DNA of 64,000 nucleotides. Origin: Neoechinorhynchus agilis. Its lineage: Eukaryota; Animalia; Acanthocephala. The stretch lies in assembly GCA_051530055.1 (NCBI GenBank), contig CM121342.1, positions 8,091,389 through 8,155,388 of the forward strand, in the 5' to 3' direction. Of this stretch, positions 21,136 to 33,347 are shown piece by piece. The position numbers and the translations under genes were made by a program. Each line of letters begins with the position of its first letter. Within the stretch, counting starts at the first letter, position 1. Below the pieces are notes generated by a model. The model was not told where the DNA came from, made no database searches, and saw only the letters and a list, made by a program, of their open reading frames with translations.

Positions 21136-24009
21136 ATGTCCTTCGATTGGTTCGACAATGACACTGAAGACTCCATCGCACCTTTGAACGCGGACGAACT
21201 CGGATATCTCGAAATGCTGCGATCCAAAGAGCGATTTTACATGAGCGAGGAAATCGTTGATGATTTGGATAAGACGCGTCTGTCGATATTAACGTACCAT
21301 TCAAAAAAGGAACAAAATGAAACAGGCATCGAATTGCTAAATAAACTTTCACAAAAGCTGTCAAAAGCCGCACCAATCGACCAATTTCTCTCAACACGAG
21401 CAGAAAATTTTCAATTGCTTGAAAGGGACCATGCGGCGATGATTTCGTCCTTGGAGGTATTTTTTCATCCCTGCCAAATATTATCCAAATCTCAGGACCG
21501 TTTGACCGATGAAATTGACTGTATTCAAAGACGGCTTCGGTACTTTTCAATTACACGATCACTCGTTCGTAAGCTTGAATCTAACATGATTCTCACCAGT
21601 GTCGATATTATTGCAAACCAAATTCTACCACAGGCAAAGGAATGCCTTGGTTTTATGAGAGCACATCGTGAATACAAAGAGGCTGAAATTTACGAGAACA
21701 CTCTCCGAGACACAGTGATTCCAAAATGTCTTTCTATTCTTAAAGAAAGCTCCATTGAGATTCTGCGGCTGGCTTCCAATGGCCTTTCCAATAGTAAAGA
21801 TAAAGTTAAAGAAAACCCATCGTACGAAGAAGTATTCAATCGAGTATATGGTGAGTTTCGCATGAACACTTGTCTTAAGCTGCAACAAATAATCGATGCC
21901 ATCAGCAGAATCGAAGATGGCGGTGGTTTAGCTTTTGAAGAGACGGAAAGGAAGTTGGCGAAAATGGTCATTGAAGATTGTGTTATGGCTTATGTTAATT
22001 GCCGAAAACAAATGATCCTTGATCCAGTTAAAAAGCAAATCGAAAGTCATCACGAGTCAACTGGAAAAATGAAGAAACATTCTTTTGTTTATTATCTCCG
22101 TCAATCTCTCGATTTGATCTTCGCCGTTTGTGAAAATGAAAACCAATTAATCGGTGAAGTATTCCGATCCATGTCTGGGTCTTCAGCAGCACTATTTTCG
22201 ATCAATGAACATTTATTCAATCACATTTGTGATGCGCTCGTTAAAATATTTTTGGAATGACGACTCCGGGTTTTCATTTTATAGAAAAGGTTTCTTAAAA
22301 TTCTCGTTACAAGAAGTTTCACGTGCCTTAAGGTTTAGTAAAAACTCGTCTAAACTAGTTCTGGAAGCAAATTATTTCGTTCTTTTTCTAAATATTCGAA
22401 AAATCTAAGTTGTGTGCGAACTCTGAAGCCATAGAACCACTTAATTTGCACGAAATATTTAAGCTACGATAAGAATTTTAAGATTTCGTCAAGTGGAAAA
22501 ATTGCCTCAATTTTAAGAGGAATGTCTAATATATTTAAAAATCACTTCCGATCGCATTTTAAGATTTAATTACTTATTTTACAGTCTCAATAAGTCGTCT
22601 TTCTCCGCTTAATTCGTCCACTCATAGTCAAAACCAAATGTATCGAGACACTAGCCGACATTGTCAATGCACTTCAACGCGATCCATTAACTGAGGATTC
22701 CACTGCGCCCTCATCCACTTACCGGTATCCTTCATCCATCCGGACGACTCTGACGCAGTTAATACAAGACTCACAAGAACGTCTTGTATATAGAACCGGA
22801 GTGTACACCAAAAATGATATTTTGCAATACGAGCCGAACTCAGCTGATCTCATGTACCCAGAACGTCTCCAATTGATGCAATCAATCGCCAATGAACAAA
22901 GCGGCAAAAATAATTCAAATTCTAAATTTGATCTTCACGGAATGTGGTATCCCACTCTTCGTCGTACTTTACTTCACATGTCCAAGCTTTATTATTGCAT
23001 CGATGATAACAGCGTATTTCAGGCTCTGTCACAAGAAATAACTGTCGATTGTTTAAATTGCGTACCGGAGAGCAAAGCACTGGGTAATTTATACATTTTT
23101 TGCCTTTAAATATACAATATTTGATTTTTAAAATAATCATTGAGACGGGATGGTTTCTTAAAACTTAGAAACAATTCGATATATTTCAATGGAATGAAAT
23201 ACGTTTTATCCGATGGATTTATCAATCAAAAATAATTCATTTTTAAAACAAAATTTCTTATCCGTTAAAAGTGAATATGTCAGTTTTATGATTTAAAAGG
23301 CTCTTTTTTTAAGAATTAATCTTTAGATAAACTCATTACTTCGTTGTTTTCACCGTTAACGAAATGCTCTTTGAAACGCAAATTAACATCCCTTCAAATG
23401 GCGGCGGTCAAAATCAGTGAAAGATCTTCACAATCCGATGGATTATTGTTTCTACTTAAACATCTCCTCATTCTAAGAGAACAAATAATCCCCTTTAATG
23501 TCCGATATGCACTTGAGGATACTCGCATTAATTTCGGTAAATTAAAGGACGCATTCGGCATTCTACTGCAGCAAACCAAAGAAGATTCGGCTTCTGACTC
23601 GCATGGGACCAACAGTGTTTTCCTCGAATTTTTAACAAAAGGGCAAGACGTTATTGAAGAATCACTGATTGATTCTCGATCAGAAGTTGATAAAGCCATT
23701 CAGACGACTTGTAAAAAGCTCATTGAAATCTGGAAAGTTGACTGTCGATGCGCAGATGATATTTCCTCCAATGAAAATGCATTTAGTCAAGCGTTTTATG
23801 CCGTCAAGGAATTTGTTCCATTGCTTAAGTCTACTCTTAACCTATATCTTGCCGATGAACGACTTGAACGAGTTCTATTTCGTCCGATCGGAAATATGAT
23901 AATTGATAAATTCGAAAAAGCTACCTTTGAAATGGATGGAAATGCTGATGGATCCTATTTAAAGCAAATCAGACAAATTGTTGATTCGCCTGAGAATACT
24001 GTCGAGTAA
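21136..24009 (+). CDS. COG3: Conserved oligomeric Golgi complex subunit 3; exons 21136-22248, 22612-23055 and 23386-24009
   Basis: RPLIV...IETLADI, LIQDSQERLVYR, GMWYPTLRRTLLHMSKLYYCID..VFQALSQE, DGLLFLLKHLLILREQI.PF. Confidence 0.92.
22249..22611 (+). other. Non-GT-AG intervening sequence 1 in COG3 (363 nt)
   Basis: aaa aTA|tttttggaatgacgact...agtcgtctttctccgctTA|att cgt cca. Arms at 22254-22265 and 22593-22604 (10/12); in-frame stops inside. Confidence 0.78.
23056..23385 (+). other. Non-GT-AG intervening sequence 2 in COG3 (330 nt)
   Basis: tgt TTA|Aattgcgtaccggagagca...tgctctttgaaacgcaaaTTA|Aca tcc. TTAA repeat; arms at 23058-23074 and 23365-23381 (13/17). Confidence 0.82.
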
Positions 24010-25482
24010 ACTAGACCATTCGAAACACGATGTAAGTCTTCAACATTCTTATAAATCAACCTTTTTGAATGTTTAAAATCTTTCAGTGCTTTTCACCCTT
24101 ATAGAGTTGAAGTTATCATTTGATTCAGAAAACAAAATACGATGTAATCTTGCCATAATTTTTTTAACGATGAAGTCACTAATGGCTTCACAAACATGAG
24201 AGTTCTTTGGATGTTTTCGTTTCATAAAAAAATCTCGTATTTTCTATGCGATCAGAATCTATTTTATGAAGCAACGTTAAACTTCTATTCTTAAAAAATT
24301 AACAGCTATTGACTTACCTCTCAGATTTCTTCTTGATTTTTTATTACAGAAAATCGCTTCGATAAGTAGCGTTTTCCACGAAAAGTTGATAGCGACTATT
24401 CTCATGGCATCCTTTTTGTGCCACGGTGAAAAAATTACACGATGTTAGTAACACTTTAAAACATTAGTAAAATTTTTTTAAGATTGAAAGTCCTTCAAAC
24501 GATCGGCAATAAAAATATTGCTCCAGCCAATAACGTACTGAGAGTTGTGTAATTAAATTGTGCAACCAATCAGCGTGAGTAAAAATAAAATTAGCAAAAA
24601 ACACGAGTGTTTTATTTGCAGAAACCAGACCACCTTAGCGACTATCATTGCGCAGTAACATAAAACAATGTGGTTTGTTCAGGTACGAAAACAAAGACGA
24701 ACACCCACTAAGCGCCTTCGTTTAGGTAGCGAAATAGTTTCTTTCGGTTAGTCTCCTAATACGTCATTATCGATTACACAATTTCTTTCTGCAAATACAT
24801 CGAAGGTCATAGTAACCAAGTTTAGACTCTTTAGGATTCGTTAATTCCTTTTTGTGGGAACAAGATTTCTATTGTTAACGTGTCTTCATTTCTGCCTTGA
24901 AATCGGATGGTGCTATTTGATCGATTTGAATATCTCGCTAGCAGTACAACGGGGCAATGCTGCCAGCGTGATGGCGACGGTCGAGGAAGGACAAAAGCTG
25001 GAATCGGCGGGAGGTGGTGAGTGTGTTAATTGTCGAGAAATGAAGATTGATTGAATATATTTGTAAACAGGGGAAAAAAACATTTCCAATTAAAAAATTT
25101 GGTAAAAGGGTTAAAAATGTGCATTGGACAATGGTCGAAAGTTGTTTGATATTTTCGCAGCTAAAGTCACCACTGGAAACGATCATAAACAATTGAATCG
25201 ACCAAGTGTGAATACGTCCTTATGATTAGACAAATTTGAAGTCGAAAAAAACCACTGGAATCGACCAAGTATGAATACGTAATGGTGATTGGATGGAGTG
25301 TTAGAACCATTGGTTTATTGAAACCGCCAAAATATTTCTTGTATAGAATTGTACATTTGATAAAGAAATCAGATTCATCATCAAATTTTGTGTGTACGAG
25401 AGATTTGTTAAGATCTGTCTGCGTGTTTTATGCCGATTTTTTACAGTCCAATTTTCTTAATAATTCGATAAATATTTTTAAG

Positions 25483-25929
25483 ATGGCTCATAGAAGACCG
25501 GACGTTCTTTATGACAGCGATACTGATGAGTACTACATTCCCAGTGAAATGCGTCCAGATGGGCGACGGACCCGATCGATGCGAGTACGGCGGGATTATG
25601 TGCCGGATATTTATCAGAAGCCATATATAATACCACAAAGAAGAGTTGAAGAGCGTAAGAACAAATGCTCTCCGCGGTTCGATCTGGACGAAAAATGCCG
25701 CCAGACCAATAAAGGCGATTCGAACCAAAGGTCGGTAGAGAAAGAAGGTTCCAATTCTAGCACAGTGGCACGATCAATCTCTTCACATAAAGCCCCATGT
25801 GTAGACGAAGTCCCAACGGTTAGAGAGTATCTTAGAAAAACACGAGGGTCCATTGAAGAATCGAAAGTGGACCCGAAACTTGTTGATTTAATTGAACAAA
25901 TCAAGAATATAAAGCTTAGAGACGATTAG
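25483..25929 (+). CDS. PYM1: PYM homolog (partner of Y14-Mago)
   Basis: YIPSEMRPDGRRTRSMRVRRDYVP matches the PYM N-terminal motif YIP.TQRPDG..RK.RRVK.GYVP. The ATG is directly preceded by ttttaag. Confidence 0.8.
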   Translation: MAHRRPDVLYDSDTDEYYIPSEMRPDGRRTRSMRVRRDYVPDIYQKPYIIPQRRVEERKNKCSPRFDLDEKCRQTNKGDSNQRSVEKEGSNSSTVARSISSHKAPCVDEVPTVREYLRKTRGSIEESKVDPKLVDLIEQIKNIKLRDD

Positions 25930-26941
25930 ACAAGTGGTTTATTCGAAATATGGGCTTCAAATAAATAGTTAGGCTAAACCGTGTTTAACAAAAATTTAAC
26001 ATTTTATCCAGAATCACACACTAAAGTTGTTTGTGCTGCGTTTTTGTCGAAAATTAAAGACATTTTCGAGATGTTTGAGGATTGAATACTGTAAAAGTAT
26101 TTTTAATTCTTTGAAATTTATATCATAAAATAAGTAGAGTAAACATGATATGATTTGAAAAAATCAGGTCTTTTGTAAAAGAAACATTAGTATAAAAATA
26201 TGCGCCAATGACCCGTCCTTATCGAGTGAAAAAATAGAAATATCCAAAGTCAAGAACAATCTCAAAATTTGAAGAATTTTATAGATCGTTCGTAAGATTT
26301 TTGGACCACGCGATATAATAAGAAAATCGGTCGAAATCGTAAACTTTGAAAACCAAACAAAATTTCTATCAGAAAACTGCCTATTTAAAATATTTATCGA
26401 AAAAACGTTTCTTGACAACTGACTTTGAAAAGCAAGCAAAAATTCTCCAAAATTTTTATCAGAAAACTGCTTATTTAAAATATTCATCGAAAAAAGTATC
26501 TAGACAACCGGTGTTTTTAATTGAAACTGAAGAGCAGAATTTAGTCGCTCGTCGGTTTGCTGTAATTTATTTTTTGTGCTAGGAGTTGAGGATCAGAAAT
26601 TAAAAATAAAAGCGAACTTTGCTTGAAAAATCCGAAATAGTACAAACAACCTTGATAAACGCGTACAAGATTGTGCCTCAGAAATATCGAATTTAATTAC
26701 TTCCATTTTTTCCGCAATATAAAAACCACTTTTTTTATCCGCGATTGAGCGAAGGAAATCGCTTTTTAGTTTCGCACCTCATCTTTAGTTTAAAAAAACC
26801 CTACATTTTTCCACGTTCACTTTCTCCGTACAGTACGAAGGAGTTTAATGGCGCTCACACGCCCCCCGTTTAAATTCTCGCATTATTACTATTCGAAGCT
26901 ATCATCAATCCCTATTGGTTTACCGAGTTATAAGTAGCATT

Positions 26942-29900
26942 TTAATTGACAAGATCGTGCAGGAGTTCGAGTAAGCTAGCAGCCGACCAGGCTTGTGTCT
27001 CGCAACTGAATCGACATGGTGATCCGTTCACATTGGTAAGTTCGGGCAAACCCTTCCATGGAGACTGGAGAAGCAATTCGCACTGTTTTCCCAGAATCCG
27101 ACGACATTTCTGTTCAACCGCTACAGTATCCGATGGATTATGTTCGCGTGTCAAAAGTAACATCGCTCTGTACAGATACCCGCTAAGCCAAAGCCATTCT
27201 GGTCCTTGGTGGTAATTCCATCCTTGAGCCACGCTACGATCATCCGAATCGTCAGAGTTATCATAGTATCCACGATAATTCCAATCACTAAATTCATGCA
27301 AAGTAATGAGGGAAGTTCAATTGAGAAAACCAACCTTGGGTCAAGTGTCTTCATGCCGAATTTGCCCATTAGAATGGTTTCCGCGTTTCGTATCGCTTCC
27401 AAAGCATGCTCAGGATTACATAACTCAGGCGCCTTTGTTCAAACAGACATTTGCATTTTTAGTATTTATCCTGAGAATAAGACGGATACTCACAACAACT
27501 AAAGCTATCAAAAAATTCGGTCTCAATTGGTAATCAGTGTATCGATGAGATGATCTGTAAACATCTTTATATATTCCTCGTCTATTTACCAGGCTAACGT
27601 CATTCATGCTCTCATCCACTCGCTCGTCGATCCAGAAATGCTTTTCAAAGTTCTTTTCTATCAATAATGACCAATCGAGGAGAGTAAATGTGGCTAAATG
27701 TATTCATGGTTCAATCGTAAGCTAAAGCAAATTCACCTTCGATCTTCTTGTTAGGATAATCCTGTTCGTTTAGTTGGGATAAAAACTTTATACACGCATA
27801 AGAGAGACCCACGATTTCAACTGCACTGCCGTCTCGAGGTGTAGCTGGCAACCCTTTGTTTCCTGCTTTAACAGAACCACCCATCTTATCCATCCATGTT
27901 CCACAATTGTACTCGTTTCCTCCATATACGAATCCCGTCGATTTATCCACTCCCACTTCAATATTAAAACCAGCGTCTGTCATGTTCTCGTCGATCAGAG
28001 TGCCAGCGTTTCGTTCTCGGAAACTTATGCCTTTGTAATGTTTTTCGAGAGAGTTGTGAATAACTTGATGAAGAGGAAGATCGGTAGCGCCGGCGGGTGA
28101 GTGCGGATCACTCTCGTCTGTCGGGTACATTACATGTCTATGGTTCAATCCCTTTCAAAAAATTCTAATGTTCAATCTTTATTTGATTTCCCGAGCTCAA
28201 AAACTAGTTCAAGCGATTAACATATTAATTATTAAAAATATCCACGAGAATTAATTCCATATTTCATAGGTCTAATAGGAAATTACGTGCCGATGAAACT
28301 GTTTTTAAAGACGAATTGACCAAAAGGCTACTTTAATAAGGATTCCTTAGTCCAAGCGTTGAAATGAGCTTAAAATAAAAGTCCAAGAAAGTAACAATAC
28401 TGTCCTGCATCTACTCTAATGGTTGGCAAGGAAATATTTTTTAATTCTTTGAATTGCCATGAGGAAGCCTCGCCTCATCAGTCATTGTAAATTTATCTAA
28501 TCGACTTTTCCGGGCGCGATGATTAATTATTGTAATATTTAATTTTTAATAAAATAAAAGAGAGGTAAAAATTATTCGAAAAAAGGTCCAACAGGATTGT
28601 CGTACATAGAAACAACGGTATAAATGGAATTACCAAGTAGTCCAAGAAATCCATAAACGAAATTATTGATCAAAACACGATAAAGGATTGCTTTAAGATT
28701 TCAGTTTTTTTCACTAAAAGTTTTCAATGTTATAAACTGACCGAAATGAACCATAGAAACAACCTAAAGCCACCCTATCAGCTAAAATGGTCGTACTCGA
28801 AGTCCATTTGATATAACAAACGATTGAATATAACCACCACCAAAAAGCATCTCTGCAGTTATAGCGAGCGTGGGTGCCGTCTGCGAGTAGATTAGGAATT
28901 AGACCATGTCTCATCGTCTGCCCATAAGATAGAATTATAAATCTAGCTTCTTCAGTCCTCCCAGTTAAAAGAAGAAGGCCACGAAGAGCGATGAACGTAT
29001 CGCGGCCCCAGTTTCTAAAAACTCCGGTTGAAAAATGCTGAAGTCCTGCCGAGAAACATGGGATAAGTTGTTCTTCTGCGTGATCCGAGTATTCGTCAAA
29101 TACAATTGCAGGTTTAGGCGGACTTAACTGGGACGATAGAGGTGGCATTTTAGCACTTTTCACTCTTCCAACGAGTTGTATGCTTGTCATTGCGAGTACT
29201 CTACTTAAAGAGGATCCTTGGCGAATAAAAGGTGGGTAAAGACTGATTGCATGTTCAATTATTCTTGCATATGAGCCAGTTAAAATGGCATCAAAATATG
29301 ACGGAACTAGATATCGAGGCAATTTCGCAAGATGTTTAAAAATCTCGTCGTACCAAATACCAAGCTAAAAAATTAAGTCCTGAAATCATTCATTTCAATA
29401 TGAACTGACCTCTTTTGTGGTCTTATGAACAATGAGTCGATGGGCAATATACTGTGGTAGCCAGTCACCTTCTCGAAGATTAACACAAATGGGATGGCCG
29501 AGGTCGTTTCCCAATCTTATTCGCTCAAGTACACTCATAATGCCTTGAAGTCCACAATAGACAAGGTCGCCGAAATTCGGGACGGTATATGGACCGAATC
29601 CGAGACAATCATCGACTTCCTCTGCTCCACATCGGTACAAAACAGTATTGAGATCAAGTGGGGAAAGTGCTTTTATCAGAGAATGAAACTTTCCGTCCTT
29701 CACACCAAAGTCGGCAGCATGCTTCCTGATTTCGTTCAAACTGTTGACTACCGAATCAGAAAGCGTCGTTCTAATTCAATAAGAACTTTAATGAAGTCAC
29801 TTTTTGTCGAAAGTACTCACTTGAATGCAATTACACTTCCAAATCCGAAATCCTTGAATCTCACGTAACCACCTTCATTTCCATCGTTTGTATAATGAAC

Positions 29901-32900
29901 GAATTGGCTTTCCTCAACATTGACATCTTCACGGATTGAAAGGTTATATCCGAGTAATCCATTGATGAGACTATCGTCAGCTACGAATCGGATATCTGCA
30001 ACTTCTTCAAGTCTTGCCTCGAACAATATTTTCTCTAATCGTCCAGGGACAAACATTGGTCTAATGTTCGGATCTGTTTGCTTCGGATTATCGGGTTTTG
30101 TAAAAGAAGTTCTCGCTACCAATATAATCGAATTGTGATTAGAGGGATTATGGCGAGTGACTGCAATTGTATCATTGGTCACTTGATCGACGTATATCTG
30201 CAAGTAGAAGGTTGTCGAAGGCGATTTTATGAAAGAGAATGGTGTGCCAACCTGGGAAAAGTTGGTTTGAGCCATGTGATAATGAAGCTTGTTCGCAATT
30301 ATACGAGCGGCAATAATTCCCGTTGACTGTGCCACAAAACTCTGATCGATGCATGCGCTCGGTTTCCATTTCCGATAAAAACGATTCTCGGTTACTACAT
30401 CGAGCTAAAAACGACAATTATGCATATTTCATAGAGGCATTTTTCGTCAAAGCTCGTAAATAAAACTTTAAAACATGTAAAGTGCTCGGTTTTATTCTGA
30501 AACTTAATCTAACGAGTGTCAGTATTCCGTAATTGCAAAATGTTTTAGCTAATCAAAAAATCGACATTATAAATTTCTTATTGATTTTCATCCGATTAGA
30601 AAAAGCTATTTGTTTAGCCATTGAATATCGCTTTTAAAAAAGACTAATTTTCTCACATAGACTTCGGATATAAACCTACTGAGCTGGCCAAAACTATTAA
30701 CTTACATTATGTGGAACAAGTTCATCGAATCCTCGTGAGCTGCCAGTAGAGCAACAGACCATATTGCTCAAAAACATCCTAGGTAACATATCATAGATTG
30801 ATCTGACTTTTATTGGACTCATATTATCATGAGTCACATCATAAAACATTGCATTGGCAATTCGTGGAATGAGTGGACGCACTGGCGGTTGATAGAAAGC
30901 TCCAACTGGATCGCCGCCGTATCTGTGGATGTATCCACCGAGCTCATATGCACTACCAGCACCCATTGATTCTAAGCTTTTTGCTTCAGAGCTAAGAAAA
31001 AAGAATAAAATTACCTCTGACGAGTGATGTTATACCAATTTTATTGACAAACTGATTATCGATTTGTTCACTTCCAGTGAAGAGCTCAGCGAAGATATAC
31101 ACGTTTGGTCGTTGTTCTCTCGCAATGTCCATCATATACTCAGCGACGTGTAGAGGAGTCGAATGGCAATTATCCAGGCGAACCGCATGAAATACATCGA
31201 CGGTATCTCGAGTGTACTGCTCCATATACGACCAGAGTTCAGGGCAGTCTTCTGGCTTTTTCCCAAATCTTGTCTTCACCAAATCCGTCCAGATCACTAA
31301 CTCTCGACGAAGATACGACCGGGAACCTATAGAGCTGAGTTAGTCGAGATTTCCCAACAGAAATATTGAACCTTCTTCAGCAAACAGATTGGTGTCGACG
31401 CCACCTCCAATCAACCATCCATTGAAAGCCATAATCTGGCAGCATTTTTGAGAATCAAAACAAATCATCTCAGCTTCCTCAACACTTATACCATCCCATG
31501 GAAACGTAAAGTATCGAGGAGCAAGCGGAGTCGCTTCACTCAGTCGCGAATACATGTTTGAGTCGAAAAACCAATACTTGGCATTTCCAATACACGCATT
31601 TACTCCATTGACAACGTCGTCCGTTATTCGATCACGAGCCTCGTTATTTAAACGATCCAAATGCTCACGAAGAAGCTCACATGATCGCCGAATTTTGTCT
31701 TCGCGGTACACTCGATCGTGCCTGTTTTTTCCAGGAATGAAGTGAGAAAAAACGTTTTAAACGAACCAATCAACATCCAGCAAATCGGTGGCGAGATCTA
31801 GATCGATCCACGATCCAAAACGTTTATATTCAGGGTCTTGGTACAATTTTAAATCTTCGAGACCTTGAAAACTTTCATTCGGTTTTAAAGTCTTCACTTC
31901 TATTATGAATGTAATCATAAAAACGTCATTTTGCCGCTCGACTTACCATGTAATCTTGAATTGAGCTCACCAACAATCACATCAACATTCGCCATGACAA
32001 ACTCGTGGAATCGATATCGCGGCAAAACTTCATGAAGAAGATAGTTTCGTATTCTCTAAAAAAATGCCTGCTTTAAAAAATGCTATTATTGCAGTATAAA
32101 ATCGGATATTTTCAAGTAATCCTCTAAGGTCGACAAGTGTATGAACCAGTTGAAAAATAGCCAAATCTATCTGAGAGAAATCGTTTAAAAAGCTTAACAG
32201 GTGTTTAGATACAAAAAACGTTCTGTCTTCAGCGAAACGGTCGAGTGTGTTTCAGAAAACATGAATCCTGGACGGTTCGATCTATCTGACCAAGTAATAT
32301 GGGTTCCAATCACAGCAGAGAATGAATTCCGACGACGATAAAACACAATTTGAAAATGTAATAAAAAAAGTCGTCAAAGCATCGGCATGGTGGGATACCT
32401 CGAGGTGATATGGCTCGATCCGATCAGGAATTCCCTTATTGTTCAACTTTCCGTTCGCCACATCCAGGGTGAATTGATAAATTATGTAGTCGAAAACAAA
32501 AGCTGGTCTGAGGTACGGAGAGTTTTGAAGATTGTAGCTAGCAGATGGATATTTTTTAAGAAGCGGACAATCAACAGCGACATGATTGTAGACAAGATCA
32601 GAAACAGAGATTAGTTGATGCTCTTCGTATAATTTGGCAATAAATTCAACCAACTGTTTCTTGGTGACATTTCCAAACACTGGATTAAAGGTAAGATGAT
32701 CTCGAATAGCATAAGATGAATTTGAGATTTTGCATAGTTCTTGGAGAGGTGTAATATGGACCATATTGAATCCGGATTTAACGGTTACCATGATTCGATC
32801 TAGCCATTCGTCAAAACGACCTAAGCATTTTGCTAACAGGGTCTGACATTGGAGACCGTTTTTTGAAATCGGTTGACCGTCGTATGAGTTTAAAATGGGA

Positions 32901-33347
32901 TAGACAACAACGTATCCATTTCCAACTTGACGATCACTATTTGAAAAAAAACGTAATTAAAATCATAAAAACATAAACGTACTCACCTTTCGTCTTCGGT
33001 AAAGTAGTAATGAAAAGTACCGCATTTGTTAAATTGAACAGCGGCGTATTGATTAAAATTGTCATTTTTTGAAGACTTTTTGTTCGGATTAATCCATTTC
33101 AGCTCTCGATACTTTTTTCTACTAAAGTTTTCACCATCTGCTGGATAATTTAAATAGAATTTAATGATTTTGTGGTATAAAGAATGACCAGGAGTGAAGT
33201 ACACAATAACTCCTAAATAGAAATTCCTCTATTAAAAATCTTAAATTTAGAATTAGAAAACAAACCATGCATGACCGAAAAAAGTTTATCTTCATTAAAA
33301 TCACCATCATTGAGCGTTAGAATCCGAACTTGTTGTTCCTTTGACAT
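26942..33347 (-). CDS. AGL: Glycogen debranching enzyme (~16 exons)
   Basis: VRILTLN start, [79 protein letters not shown]. 14 GT-AG introns plus one non-canonical insert. Confidence 0.96.
28131..28764 (-). other. Probable non-GT-AG intervening sequence in AGL (634 nt)
   Basis: Minus strand gct tTA|ggttgtttctatggttca...tgaaccatagacatgTA|atg tac ccg. Perfect 11-bp inverted repeat at 28137-28147 and 28747-28757. A weaker GT-AG alternative exists that adds 4 residues. Confidence 0.68.

Noticed and set aside
22258-22593. Stop-codon reassignment as an explanation of interrupted ORFs
   Set aside because: Long exons are free of all three stops, genes end in TAA or TGA, and most inserts are non-coding AT-rich DNA with frame changes.
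24854-25054. Signal-peptide-like 66-aa ORF
   Set aside because: Begins at GTG and has no continuation; more likely a 5'UTR exon region of PYM1.
28455-28482. CTGATGA plus a hairpin inside the AGL insert
   Set aside because: No GAAA or stem III; only a small hairpin.
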